Virus record (IMG/VR): IMGVR_UViG_3300008255_000445
Location: 1 to 25,378 of that record
DNA from: a virus
Taxonomy: Duplodnaviria > Caudoviricetes
Direction: 5' to 3' (one strand)
Length of the DNA stretch: 25,378 nt
Translations under genes and position numbers: made by a program
Notes under the pieces: model-generated
The model's input: the letters and a program-made list of their open reading frames with translations, nothing else
Databases searched by the model: none
What the model was told of the DNA's origin: nothing
Part shown: in pieces, positions 25,022 through 25,378 of the stretch
How positions within the stretch are numbered: the stretch's first letter is position 1
Layout: each line of letters starts with the position of its first letter

Positions 25022-25246
25022 TCAAGCCTCCCTCGATGGCGCAAGACCCAAGTCGCCGCTGAGTTGGGCCGCCCTCTCCGTTGCGGCCTGAATGGCCTGC
25101 TCAATGCCAACGAACCCGCCGAGGCCCTTGAATCGCCGGGGCTTGCCGCGCTCCGACAACAAAATCAGCGAGAACGAATACGACCCCCGCTCACGCCGAA
25201 TCGCACAGCTCAGGCCATGCGCTGTAAAAGTCTTCACGTTGCTCAT
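25022..25246 (-). CDS. Hypothetical protein (74 aa), first visible gene of the leftward operon
   Basis: AAGGAG RBS upstream of ATG 25246 (MSNVKTF...). Confidence 0.6.
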   Translation of the reverse strand: MSNVKTFTAHGLSCAIRRERGSYSFSLILLSERGKPRRFKGLGGFVGIEQAIQAATERAAQLSGDLGLAPSREA

Positions 25247-25378
25247 CGCAACCTTCTCCTTGTGAAAAATCTGGGCTTGCTTACCCAACCTCGACCCTAA
25301 CGCTTTGCGGCGAGGAACCAAGTCAATAAAGGCCCTTGGATAAGACCTAACGAAAAACAAATATCTCTCTTAGTGAAA
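25247..25378 (-). promoter_or_regulatory. AT-rich probable early control region (pL-like)
   Basis: Non-coding and more AT-rich. TTGACT on the - strand but no well-spaced consensus -10. Imperfect repeat cgttaggtc/cgttagggtc. Confidence 0.3.

Larger units (their letters stand above)
1..25378. mobile_element. Lambda-like temperate-type phage genome segment (late structural operon converging on xis-int early operon), non-integrated gene arrangement
   Basis: Contiguous terminase-portal-protease-capsid-tail genes on +, and xis/int/RusA/ParB on -. Genes are tightly packed with ATGA/TAATG overlaps. No host housekeeping genes. int is flanked by phage genes on both sides. Confidence 0.95.

Noticed and set aside
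24531-25300. Plus-strand ORFs of 186 aa and 153 aa
   Set aside because: They overlap a well-coupled minus-strand gene chain with clear RBSs and have no recognisable features.
1-25378. Stop-codon reassignment or HIP1-type octamer enrichment
   Set aside because: Genes are full length in the standard code and end in TAA, TGA and TAG. GCGATCGC occurs only occasionally, and the apparent TCGA/CGATCG richness could not be quantified by eye.

Overview
The whole window is one temperate-type tailed phage genome segment (Caudoviricetes, lambda-like head module) with no flanking host genes. The + strand (46-17821) is a compact late operon: Nu1-like TerS, GpA-like TerL, gpW-position adaptor, lambda-type portal, protease with nested scaffold, a cement/decoration protein fused to a jelly-roll domain, major capsid, head-tail connector, a 437-aa neck-position protein, tail tube, probable chaperone, two short paralogous proteins where the tape measure gene normally sits, three tail-tip proteins and a holin-like membrane protein. 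The - strand (25246-17940) is a converging early operon: small hypotheticals, two paralogous Sm-like-domain proteins, an RHH/Zn-domain protein, ParB-like CTPase, RusA, an ASCH protein, xis and a tyrosine integrase. The integrase is broken by an apparent internal deletion plus frameshift, and its 3' end and attP region also look truncated. No repressor, replication genes, endolysin, tRNA or CRISPR are visible. All family assignments come from motif recognition and gene order, not database searches.
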